Below, piece by piece: positions 39,222 to 49,131 of a stretch of 64,000 nucleotides of DNA. The DNA lies in assembly GCA_963796975.1 (NCBI GenBank), contig CAWCNW010000023.1:35305-99304 (forward strand). Reading direction: 5' to 3'. The notes under the pieces are model-generated. The model saw nothing but the letters and a program-made list of their open reading frames with translations. It was not told where the DNA came from and ran no database searches. Both the position numbers and the translations under genes were made by a program. The stretch comes from an uncultured Actinomycetota bacterium (GTDB taxonomy: Bacteria; Actinomycetota; Actinomycetes; Propionibacteriales; Nocardioidaceae). How positions within the stretch are numbered: the first letter of the stretch is position 1; the number at the start of each line of letters is the position of its first letter.

Positions 39222-39665
39222 TCACTGGGAGACCTGCGTGATCTCGAACGGCTTGGCCTGCTGGGCCTGGTGCGGGTGGTTGGGCCCGGTGTACACCTTG
39301 AGCTTCTTGAGCACCTGGCGGCCGAGCTTGTTCTTCGGGAGCATGCCCCAGACCGCCTGCTCGACGACCTTGCGGGCGTCCTTCTCCAGCTGCTGGCCGA
39401 CGGGGGTCGCGGTGAGACCACCGGGGTAGCCGGAGTGGCGGTACATGAGCTTCTTGGTCAGCTTGTCGCCGGTGAGGGCGACCTTCTCCGCGTTGACGAC
39501 GATGACGAAGTCACCCATGTCCATGTGCGGGGCGAAGGTGGGCTTGTGCTTGCCGCGGAGCAGGTTCGCGACCTGGACGGCGAGCTTGCCGAGGACGACG
39601 TCGGAGGCGTCGATGACGTGCCACTCGCGATGGATGTCGCCGGGCTTCGGGCTGTACGTACGCAC
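39222..39665 (-). CDS. rplM: 50S ribosomal protein L13
   Basis: [21 protein letters not shown]-type L13 sequence, 147 aa. Confidence 0.96.
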   Translation of the reverse strand: MRTYSPKPGDIHREWHVIDASDVVLGKLAVQVANLLRGKHKPTFAPHMDMGDFVIVVNAEKVALTGDKLTKKLMYRHSGYPGGLTATPVGQQLEKDARKVVEQAVWGMLPKNKLGRQVLKKLKVYTGPNHPHQAQQAKPFEITQVSQ

Positions 39666-39779
39666 GTGCGTCTGCCTTACTCGTTCGTGGGACCGGCGGA
39701 CGGACGTCCACCGGCGGTGGTACCACGACCTCTGACGAACACTGCCCGGCTCAGGATCGTCCGGGTCTGCACCGTGGCG

Positions 39780-39805
39780 CTGGTCTCGACAGGCTCGACC
39801 ATCGG
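39780..39805 (+). repeat. Solo partial copy of the GGTCTCGACAGGCTCGACC element in the rplM / citrate synthase divergent spacer
   Basis: tggtctcgacaggctcgacc matches the reverse complement of 41268-41287 and, with one mismatch, 3585-3604. Confidence 0.5.
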
Positions 39806-39932
39806 CGTACGGCGCGGCAGGAGTCGCGACCGCACAATCTACCGGTAGCCGCGCTCACCGGCCAAAACGAGCGGTGTCCGGATCCGCGAAACCGGATTCG
39901 CCCTCCGGCAGACCCCCGACTAGGTTGGTCTG

Positions 39933-41219
<1,287 letters not shown>

Positions 41220-41226
41220 GCCTCCA

Positions 41227-41324
41227 CCGTCGGCCGAGCTGGGTCCGTCGGTCGAGCTGGTCCGTCGGTCGAGCCTGTCGAGACCACGGTGCCGAGGCAG
41301 TAGGCACCGTCACCGGGTCTCGAC
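41227..41324. repeat. Intergenic minisatellite (3 copies of a 17-18-bp unit, ccgtcggtcgagc...) joined to a nested hairpin; probable bidirectional terminator
   Basis: Units at 41227-41244, 41245-41261 and 41262-41278. Outer arms gtcgagacc (41277-85) / ggtctcgac (41316-24). Inner arms acggtgcc / ggcaccgt. Located between convergent genes. Confidence 0.75.
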
Positions 41325-41393
41325 CCGCGGTCACGCCCTCGCGAGCTCGGTCGTGCGCTCGCTCGACCTTCCGCCCGTGCGGGCTTCGCAAGC

Positions 41394-42182
41394 TCAGCCC
41401 GCGGGCGTCGCGGCCTGCTCCACCTCGAGCAAGGACTGGCCGTGCCGTTCGGCCTCGAAGGCGGCGCGGCCGCCGCGGAAGCCGAAGAGCCGCTTGGTCC
41501 ACAGGATGTAGACGACCGCGAAGATGTTGAAGGCGAAGGCGACCACGCGCAGCCAGGTGACCCGCTCGACGAGCTCGTAGATCTCCAGCGGGATGAAGAT
41601 CGCGGTGCCGACCACCGCGACGTACTCACCCCACCGCTTCATCAGCCACAGCCCGACCCCCTCGAGCAGCTCGAGCGCGCCGTAGGCCAGGACCCCGATC
41701 GCGACCAGCTCGAGCGTGCCGTGGCCGGTGGTCAGTGCCTTCTGGATCAGCTTGACCGGGCCGGTGTTCTGCAGGTCGATGCCGAGCTTGTCGGCGAACG
41801 GCTTGAGGGTGGGCAGGTAGGAGTTGAAGACCTGCTCCAGGGAGTCCTGGGCGCCGTTGAACTTGTAGACCCCGTAGGCGAGCGCGACGAGCAGGACCCC
41901 ACGGATGAAACGCTCGGCCGCCAGCAGCCGCAGGATGAAGGCGTCCCGCAGTGCCTTGCCGCGCAGCACGATCGGCGCATCCTCCGCCGGCCCGGTGCCG
42001 GACGGCTCGCCGATCACGAAGGTGCCGCACCGCAGGCAGCGCCAGGCCTCGCCGTCGACGGTCGCGACCTGGAGTCGCTCGGCGAGACCCTCCTCGGTCG
42101 GCCTCCAGGTCAGGTGCCCCTGCCGCCCGCAGCTGCGCAGCTCCCAGCTCCAGTGCGCCCACGGTGTCTTCACCGGCGTCAC
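41394..42182 (-). CDS. DUF2127-like integral membrane protein with N-terminal Cys/His zinc-ribbon-like segment
   Basis: Four predicted TM helices. Block FIRGVLLVALAYGVYKF. N-terminal CGRQGH...CLRCG. Confidence 0.65.
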   Translation of the reverse strand: MTPVKTPWAHWSWELRSCGRQGHLTWRPTEEGLAERLQVATVDGEAWRCLRCGTFVIGEPSGTGPAEDAPIVLRGKALRDAFILRLLAAERFIRGVLLVALAYGVYKFNGAQDSLEQVFNSYLPTLKPFADKLGIDLQNTGPVKLIQKALTTGHGTLELVAIGVLAYGALELLEGVGLWLMKRWGEYVAVVGTAIFIPLEIYELVERVTWLRVVAFAFNIFAVVYILWTKRLFGFRGGRAAFEAERHGQSLLEVEQAATPAG

Positions 42183-42263
42183 CCTAGGTGTTCCTCGTCA
42201 CCCCCGAGTCACCCCTCGGGGATCCGGGAGGACAACGGCGGCCGGGCTTGGCAGGATCGACCT

Positions 42264-42872
42264 GTGCCACTCCGATCCACCGCCGACCTCGAGTCCGCAC
42301 TCGACCACCTGCGCGCCGCGCCCGCCGAGGCAGGGACCTTGACCCTCGTCGTACGTCGTCCCGCGCGGCTGGCGCGGGAGGTGCTCGACGAGGCGCTGAT
42401 CGACGAGGAGGCCGGGCTGGTCGGCGACAACTGGCTCTCGCGGGCGACCTCGCGTGCCGTCGCCGCGGGTCGCCACCTCGACGGCCAGGTCACCGTGATG
42501 AGCAGCCGGATGGTCGGGCTCCTCGGCGAGACCGATGACGAGCGGGCGCTGGCGGGTGACCAGCTCTACGTCGACCTCGACCTGTCCCACGACAACCTGC
42601 CGGCGGGTACCTGGTTCAGGGTCGGCGACGACGTCGTGCTCGAGGTGACCGCCAAGCCGCACGCCGGCTGCAAGAAGTTCCTCACCCGCTTCGGCCCGGA
42701 CGCCGTCGCGTTCGTCAACAGCGAGGAGGGGGCCCGGCGCCGGCTCCGTGGTCTCAACGCGCGGGTGGTGCACGGCGGCACCGTCCGGGTGGGCGACGAC
42801 GTACGCCGGTTGGCTTTTTCGATGGCGCCCAGCGATGTCTCAGGAAGGTCACAGACTCACCCGCGAGGGTAA
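42264..42872 (+). CDS. MOSC domain-containing protein
   Basis: Block LEVTAKPHAGCKKF (conserved Cys) and GLNARVVHGGTVRVGD. GTG at 42264. Confidence 0.7.
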   Translation: MPLRSTADLESALDHLRAAPAEAGTLTLVVRRPARLAREVLDEALIDEEAGLVGDNWLSRATSRAVAAGRHLDGQVTVMSSRMVGLLGETDDERALAGDQLYVDLDLSHDNLPAGTWFRVGDDVVLEVTAKPHAGCKKFLTRFGPDAVAFVNSEEGARRRLRGLNARVVHGGTVRVGDDVRRLAFSMAPSDVSGRSQTHPRG

Positions 42873-42877
42873 GGGTC

Positions 42878-44197
42878 ATGAGCAACGAGTACCCCGAGCG
42901 CGGGCAGAACCAGGACCCCAGCGACAACTGGAGCCCCGAGCCGCCCGCAGCTCCCCCGACCTGGTCGCCGTTCGGCTTCCAGTCCGCCGGCGAGACCCCC
43001 GACGACACCAGGCCCTTCAGCTTCGGCGCTCCCGCCGAGGGCCCGGTCCTCCCCCCGGAGGCACCCGTTGCCCCGGCCTCCCCCCAGGCCAAGCGTGCCC
43101 GCGGCCGGAGCCTGGCCGCCGGCGTCGTGGCAGCCAGCCTGCTCGTCGGCGGTGCGGCCGGCATCGGTGGCGCCGCCCTGTGGACCTCCACGCACGACGA
43201 CCCGGCCGCCGCCTCGTCGCCGATCATCACCCAGAGCGGCAGCTCGGCCATCCCGGCCGCGAGCAGCGACTCGGTGGTCAAGGTCGCCCACAACCTGCTG
43301 CCCTCCGTGGTCAAGATCAACGTGAGCGGCTCCGACGGGTCCGGCTCGGGCTCGGGCATCATCATGAGCGACGACGGCAAGATCCTGACCAACAACCACG
43401 TCGCCTCCCTGGCCGGCAAGAGCGGTCAGATCACCATCGACTTCAACGACGGCACGCACGCCCCGGCGAAGGTGCTCGGCACCGACCCGCTGACCGACAC
43501 CGCCGTGATCCAGGCCGAGGGCGTCTCGGGGCTGACCCCGGCGACCATCGGTCACTCCTCGAGCCTGCAGGTCGGCCAGAGCGTGGTCGCGATCGGCTCA
43601 CCGTTCGGCCTCAACGCCACGGTCACCAGCGGCATCGTCAGCGCTCTCAACCGCCCGGTCGACGTCGGCCAGGTCAGCCAGGGCAACCAGACCGTCTACC
43701 CGGCGATCCAGACCGACGCGGCGATCAACCCCGGCAACTCCGGTGGCCCGCTGGTCAACCTCGCCGGCGAGGTCGTCGGCATCGACTCCGCGATCCAGAC
43801 CGCGACCGACACCACCGGGGGTGGCGAGCCCGGCTCGATCGGCCTCGGCTTCGCGATCCCGATCGACGCGGTCCTGCCGATCGTGCAGCAGATGATCAAC
43901 GGCGAGACCCCGACCCACGCCCGGCTCGGCATCGGCGTCGACAGCGCTGCCCAGACCACCGACGGCGCCAAGGTCTCGCAGGTCGACAACGGCTCGGCCG
44001 GCCAGAAGGCGGGCCTCAAGGCCGGTGACGTGATCACCAAGGTCGACGACCACCTGATCTCGTCGTCCGACTCCCTGATCGCGATCGTCCGGGCCTACCG
44101 CCCCGGCGACTCGGTCACGCTCACCTACACGCGCGGAGGCTCGACCCACACGGTCACGGCCACCCTCGACTCGGACGCTCAGACCGCCAGCTCCTGA
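42878..44197 (+). CDS. S1C (HtrA/DegP-like) trypsin-type serine protease with one PDZ domain
   Basis: Pro-rich cytoplasmic N-terminus, one TM helix. Catalytic triad blocks TNNHV, DTAVIQ, GNSGGPL. C-terminal PDZ (GQKAGLKAGDVITKVD). Confidence 0.88.
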   Translation: MSNEYPERGQNQDPSDNWSPEPPAAPPTWSPFGFQSAGETPDDTRPFSFGAPAEGPVLPPEAPVAPASPQAKRARGRSLAAGVVAASLLVGGAAGIGGAALWTSTHDDPAAASSPIITQSGSSAIPAASSDSVVKVAHNLLPSVVKINVSGSDGSGSGSGIIMSDDGKILTNNHVASLAGKSGQITIDFNDGTHAPAKVLGTDPLTDTAVIQAEGVSGLTPATIGHSSSLQVGQSVVAIGSPFGLNATVTSGIVSALNRPVDVGQVSQGNQTVYPAIQTDAAINPGNSGGPLVNLAGEVVGIDSAIQTATDTTGGGEPGSIGLGFAIPIDAVLPIVQQMINGETPTHARLGIGVDSAAQTTDGAKVSQVDNGSAGQKAGLKAGDVITKVDDHLISSSDSLIAIVRAYRPGDSVTLTYTRGGSTHTVTATLDSDAQTASS

Positions 44198-44216
44198 GCA
44201 TTCTGGTCCGAACAGA

Positions 44217-44278
44217 GCGCGGACAGATCTCTCCCGCCTGCCCCCCAGCCGGTCGATCTGTCCGCGTTCTTCTCGTTT
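44217..44278 (+). terminator. Hairpin (gcgcggacagatc ... gatctgtccgcg) followed by a T-rich tract; likely terminator of the protease gene
   Basis: 12-bp arms at 44217-44229 and 44255-44266, then ttcttctcgttt. Confidence 0.55.
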
Positions 44279-44311
44279 GCCCACGAGTTGCCCACCGAGC
44301 ACGCCAGCGGG

Positions 44312-46003
44312 TCAGCGGGCGCGGCGGACCCGGGTCTCGTCCCAGACCGGGCCGTCGGACTCGTAGACCTCGCCGTCCGCGCCGTAGACGAGGAACCGGT
44401 CGAAGCCACGGGCGAACCAGCGGTCGTGGGTGACCGCGACGACGGTGCCGTCGAACGCCTCCAGCCCGGCCTCGAGCGCCTCGGCGGACTGCACGTCGAG
44501 GTTGTCGGTCGGCTCGTCGAGCAGCAGCAGCGTCGCCCCCGACAGCTCGAGCAGCAGGATCTGGAAGCGCGCCTGCTGGCCGCCGGAGAGTGACTCGAAG
44601 GTCTGCTCCGAGGCGTGGGCCAGCTCGTAGCGGTCGAGCACCCGGGCCGCGGCCTCGCGCCCCATCCCGTCGCGGTGCTCGTCGCCCCGGTGCAGGATCT
44701 CCAGCAGGGTGCGGCCGAGCAGCTCGGGGTGTGCATGGGTCTGCACGAACCAGCCGGGCCGCACCCGGGCGCCCAGCTTCGCCTTGCCGGTGTGGCGCAC
44801 TGGATCGATCTTCGTCGAGTCGACCGGTCGGTGCTCTACGTCGGGATCCGAGCCGCCGGCGGCGAGCAGCCGCAGGAAGTGCGACTTGCCGGAGCCGTTG
44901 CTGCCCAGGACGGCGACGCGCTCGCCGTACCAGACCTCGAGGTCGAACGGCTCCATCAGCCCGGTCAGCTCCAGGCCCTCGCAGATCACCGCGCGCTTGC
45001 CGGTGCGGCCGCCCTTGAGCCGCATCGTGACCTGCTGCTCGCGTGGCTGCTCTGTCGGAGGACCGGCCTCCTCGAACTTGCGCAGGCGCGTCTGGGCGGC
45101 CTTGTACTGCGAGGCCATGCCGTCGTTGTACTCCGCCTTGATCTTCAGCCGGAGGACGAGCGCCTTGATCTTGGCGTGCTCCTCGTCCCAGCGACGCCGC
45201 TGCTCCTCGAAGCGCGCGAACCGGTCGCGCCGCGCCTCGTGGTACGACGCGAACCCACCCGGGTGCGTCCAGGCGCTGTTGCCGCCGCCGAACGAGCCGA
45301 GCTCGATGGTGACGATCCGCGTCGCGGTGTGGTCGAGCAGCTCCCGGTCGTGGCTGATGAAGAGGATCGTCTTGGCGGAGTCGCGGATCCGCTGCTCCAG
45401 CCAGATCTTGCCGGGCACGTCGAGGAAGTTGTCGGGCTCGTCGAGCAGGAGCACCTCGTCGGGACCCTCGAGGAGGTACTCCAGCACGAGCCGCTTCTGC
45501 TCACCGCCGCTGAGGGTCGACAGGGTGCGGTACTTCGCGCGGTCGTAGGGCAGGCCGAGGCCCCGGACCGTGCAGACGTCCCACACCACCTCGAGGTCGT
45601 AGCCACCGGCGTCGGCGTACTCCGCCAGCGCCTCGGCGTAGCGGAGCTGGGTCTTCTCGTCGTCGGTCTCCATCAACGCGAGCTCCCAGCGCTCGACGTC
45701 GGCCGAGGCGGCCCGGACCCGCTCCGGCGAGACCGACAGGAGGAGATCGGCGACCGTCGGGTCGTCGCCGAGGTCGGTGCCGACCATCTGGCGCATCACC
45801 CCGAGCCCGCCCGTGCGTGTGATCACCCCGGCATGCGGCACCAGGTCGCCGGTGATGATCCGCAGCAGGGTCGTCTTGCCGGCGCCGTTGGCCCCGACCA
45901 GCGCGACCTTCGCGCCGTCGCCGACGCGGAACGCGACGTCGTCCAGGAGGACCCTGCCGTCGGGCAGCTCGTAACGCACTCCGGCGACATCCACGTGACC
46001 CAC
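44312..46003 (-). CDS. ABC-F family ATPase (two ABC domains, no membrane domain; translation-factor type)
   Basis: Two Walker A motifs (GANGAGKTT, GSNGSGKSH), two signatures (LSGGEQKR, LSGGQQAR), an inter-domain linker and no TM segment. Confidence 0.9.
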   Translation of the reverse strand: MGHVDVAGVRYELPDGRVLLDDVAFRVGDGAKVALVGANGAGKTTLLRIITGDLVPHAGVITRTGGLGVMRQMVGTDLGDDPTVADLLLSVSPERVRAASADVERWELALMETDDEKTQLRYAEALAEYADAGGYDLEVVWDVCTVRGLGLPYDRAKYRTLSTLSGGEQKRLVLEYLLEGPDEVLLLDEPDNFLDVPGKIWLEQRIRDSAKTILFISHDRELLDHTATRIVTIELGSFGGGNSAWTHPGGFASYHEARRDRFARFEEQRRRWDEEHAKIKALVLRLKIKAEYNDGMASQYKAAQTRLRKFEEAGPPTEQPREQQVTMRLKGGRTGKRAVICEGLELTGLMEPFDLEVWYGERVAVLGSNGSGKSHFLRLLAAGGSDPDVEHRPVDSTKIDPVRHTGKAKLGARVRPGWFVQTHAHPELLGRTLLEILHRGDEHRDGMGREAAARVLDRYELAHASEQTFESLSGGQQARFQILLLELSGATLLLLDEPTDNLDVQSAEALEAGLEAFDGTVVAVTHDRWFARGFDRFLVYGADGEVYESDGPVWDETRVRRAR

Positions 46004-46050
46004 GAGGAGTCATTGTCCGCGACCGGCGGCGAGCGCGCACGTGAGTATCG

Positions 46051-49000
46051 CTACCGGGCGTTCTCCCGCAGCGACGAGGTGCGGGCGCCCCGCACCGTGA
46101 GGGTCGCGAACAACGTCGCGAGCACCAGCAGCACGAGCATCACCGCGATCCCGAGCTCGAAGCCGGTGCTGACGTGGAACGACGGCAGCACCCGCGGCGT
46201 GAGCTGGGAGTCGACGAAGCCCAGCGTCACGGTGCGGACGACGACGGCCTGGGCGAGGGCGCCCGCGGCGATGCCCGCCAGCGCGGCCGCTCCGAGGACC
46301 AGCAGGAACTCCGCGACGACGCCGATCATGATCGACCGGCGTCTCACGCCGACCACCCGCAGGGAGGCCGCGTCGCGTCGTCGGGCCGGCAGCTGTACGG
46401 CGAGGTTGGCCGCCAGACCCGCGAACGCCAGCAGGATCACCAGCACGGTGACCACGATGTACAGCCGCAGCGCGAGCGCGAACGCGTCCTGGTCGAGAAG
46501 CGTCCGCGCGGCGGCCTCGGTGTCGGGACGGACCAGGCCCCTGGCGGCGAGCTGCCTCAGCACCGACCCAGGAGTGTCCGCACGGGCCCAGACGTAGACC
46601 TGGTTCGAGCTGTTGCTCTGCACGGTGTTGCGGTCGAACATCGTGAAGTCCATCAGCATGCCCGAGGGCCCGCGGAACGGCACCGACTCCGCGGTGCCCG
46701 CCGAGCGCACCCGGAACAGCCCCGAGGATCCGGTCTGCAGCTGGGTCTGCGGTGTCGCGGTCCGGCCGAAGAGCACGGGAACCACGGCCGGTACGTCGGT
46801 CGGGCTGATGCCGGAGTAGAAGTTGGAGCTACGTGCGTCGAAGACGACGTCGAGGTGCCCGTCGGCCAGCGTGGGCTGACGGCGTACGCCCATCGGGGTG
46901 CCGACCTTCGACGCCGCAGCCCGCCACGGGGCGTCGAGAGCTCCTGGCACGGGTTGCCCGTCGACGGTGAAGGACTCGATGGTCGCCGTGCCGTGCATCG
47001 CCTCGACCAGCGCGTCCGGCCCGCCGAAGCTGATCGTCTCGAGCAGACAGCCCTGCTGACAGGAGGGGAGCCGCGCGGTCGCGGTCGAGCGCCCCGGCGG
47101 GTAGGGGCCGACGCTCACCTCGCGGGCGGCTCCCTGGTCGTCGAGGATCCCCAGCGACAGGCCGAGCCGGCCGAAGTCGCCCTGCACCCGGTTGTCGACC
47201 GCGATCGTCACCTGCGAGCCCTTCAGCACCACCGATGGCCGCTGCGGACCCAGCGCGCGCGCGATCTGGGCGGCCGAGTGCCCCGGCGTCCACTGCGACG
47301 GCCAGGACGCGACCCGCGCCAGCCGGCTGGTGTCGACCACGACTCGCGGAAGGACGGTGACGCCGGCCTCGTCGGGATTGGGGGTGTTGACCCCCGCCGC
47401 CATCAGCCAGCGACCACCCGGATCCAGCTGATGGGTGAGCCCCACGGCCCGCGACAGCGGGAGGTTGGTCGGGAACGACAGCGGCGCGCCCACCTGGGTG
47501 GCGGCCGCGCTCGCCCGCCAGGTCGAGGCGGCCAGGGAGACACCGACCGTGAAGACCGCGACCGTCAGGGCGGCCGTCACCGGCAGGATCACCAGCGTGC
47601 CCTCACGGCGGCGGCGCACGGTGCGTGAGGCGACGTACGACGAGAGCGAGCGGCGCTTGGCGGACCAGCGCACCCACACGTCGGCCACGACGAGCACCAG
47701 CAGTCCGCAGAGCAGGCCCACCGCGACCGCGAGCAGTATCGGCAGGGACAGGTCGGTGGCGTCCGGAGCCTGCGGATGGCTCCGGCTGGCGGCGACCACG
47801 AGTGCAGCGACGGCCGCGGCGACCATGACCAGCCGCACGATCACCAGGCTTCGGCTGGCGCGGGTGGGACGCCGTACGCCGGCGATCTGAGAGCTCAGCG
47901 GCTCGTTGACGGCGTCGCGCACGACCAGGGCCGCGACCAGCCCCGTCACCAGCACCACCCCCACCACCGCGAGCAGGCTGCCGAGCACGAACGGCACCGG
48001 GAGACCGGGCACCAGCCATCGCCGCGCGAGCAGCCGGGAGGTCAGGTAGCCCAGACCCACGCCGACCGGGGTGGCGACGGCCAGGATCAGCAGCGGCTCG
48101 AGCATGCCGAGGAACCAGAGCTGACGGCGGCCGTACCCGCGCAGCGACGCCAGCGCCAGCTCGCCGCGGCGCAGCCCCATCGCCGCGGCCAGCAGCCTGG
48201 ACAGCAGCACCAGCGCGACCAGGATCAGCGACAGCACCGCGGGCTGGACGGTGGACCGGGCGACGCCGCGCCGGGCCAGCAGCTCGTGGGTGGTCTCGGG
48301 CAGCGAGTTGCCTGGCTCGAGCGACAGCCCGGTCAGCAGCTGGCCGCGCTGGTCGGCCTTCCGGAGAGCGCCCACCCGGGCGGCGGTGAGCGCCGCATCC
48401 TCCGGCGTGAGCTGCGGCGTGACGCGTAGGGCCTGGTCGACGGTGACGAACCAGCCGTTTCCGTTGAGCTCGATCCCGGCCTGGGTGGTGATCCAGGGCG
48501 CGAGCTGCGACGGGATCAGGGTGGGCAGTTGCCGGCCGGGGGCGGTCTGCAGCCGCGGTCCGAACCAGAACCCGTCGTCCTGCGCCTTCGGCGTATAGAT
48601 GCCGACCACGGTGAAGACCTGGTTGTACTCGGGCTGCACGATCGTGGAGCCGAGCTTCCAGCCGTAGGTCTCGGCGTCGGCCTTCAGCACCGCGATCTCG
48701 CCCGGCGAGGTGGGGCACCGTCCCTGTAGTGCGACGTGGGTGCAGGCTCCGGGCACCGACACCAGGCGGGCGATCGCGGGGATCGACGAGGCGGGAAGCG
48801 TCGTCGCGGCCAGCTCGTCCCACACCATCGCGTGCCCGGGTTCGTAGCCCGTCCCCGACTCGCGGGAGGTCTCGTCGAGGGCGGTCACGGTCGCGGCGTC
48901 GGCGTCCTCCTGGTCGGCGTGCTGGTAGTCGTAGGTGAGCCCGGTGTTGATGAGGGGCTGGGCCCGCAGCTGCGCGATCACGAAGGAGTTGGCGGCGTTC

Positions 49001-49131
49001 AGCTGGTAGCTCGGCCCGACGACCGCCGAGGCGATCGCGATCGCCGTGAGCAGCAGGGAGCCGAGGGTGAGCGCCGTGCGCGAGGCCAGCCCGCGCAGGC
49101 TCGTGGCGATCAGCCAGCCCAGGCGAGTCAT
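46051..49131 (-). CDS. FtsX-like ABC transporter permease, duplicated (about 10 TM, two large extracytoplasmic domains), 1026 aa
   Basis: ATG at 49131 overlaps the upstream stop (ATGA). Two FtsX-type 3-TM bundles lie at the middle and the C-terminus. The upstream part of ORF 46051..50034 is an Arg-rich artefact. Confidence 0.8.
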   Translation of the reverse strand: MTRLGWLIATSLRGLASRTALTLGSLLLTAIAIASAVVGPSYQLNAANSFVIAQLRAQPLINTGLTYDYQHADQEDADAATVTALDETSRESGTGYEPGHAMVWDELAATTLPASSIPAIARLVSVPGACTHVALQGRCPTSPGEIAVLKADAETYGWKLGSTIVQPEYNQVFTVVGIYTPKAQDDGFWFGPRLQTAPGRQLPTLIPSQLAPWITTQAGIELNGNGWFVTVDQALRVTPQLTPEDAALTAARVGALRKADQRGQLLTGLSLEPGNSLPETTHELLARRGVARSTVQPAVLSLILVALVLLSRLLAAAMGLRRGELALASLRGYGRRQLWFLGMLEPLLILAVATPVGVGLGYLTSRLLARRWLVPGLPVPFVLGSLLAVVGVVLVTGLVAALVVRDAVNEPLSSQIAGVRRPTRASRSLVIVRLVMVAAAVAALVVAASRSHPQAPDATDLSLPILLAVAVGLLCGLLVLVVADVWVRWSAKRRSLSSYVASRTVRRRREGTLVILPVTAALTVAVFTVGVSLAASTWRASAAATQVGAPLSFPTNLPLSRAVGLTHQLDPGGRWLMAAGVNTPNPDEAGVTVLPRVVVDTSRLARVASWPSQWTPGHSAAQIARALGPQRPSVVLKGSQVTIAVDNRVQGDFGRLGLSLGILDDQGAAREVSVGPYPPGRSTATARLPSCQQGCLLETISFGGPDALVEAMHGTATIESFTVDGQPVPGALDAPWRAAASKVGTPMGVRRQPTLADGHLDVVFDARSSNFYSGISPTDVPAVVPVLFGRTATPQTQLQTGSSGLFRVRSAGTAESVPFRGPSGMLMDFTMFDRNTVQSNSSNQVYVWARADTPGSVLRQLAARGLVRPDTEAAARTLLDQDAFALALRLYIVVTVLVILLAFAGLAANLAVQLPARRRDAASLRVVGVRRRSIMIGVVAEFLLVLGAAALAGIAAGALAQAVVVRTVTLGFVDSQLTPRVLPSFHVSTGFELGIAVMLVLLVLATLFATLTVRGARTSSLRENAR

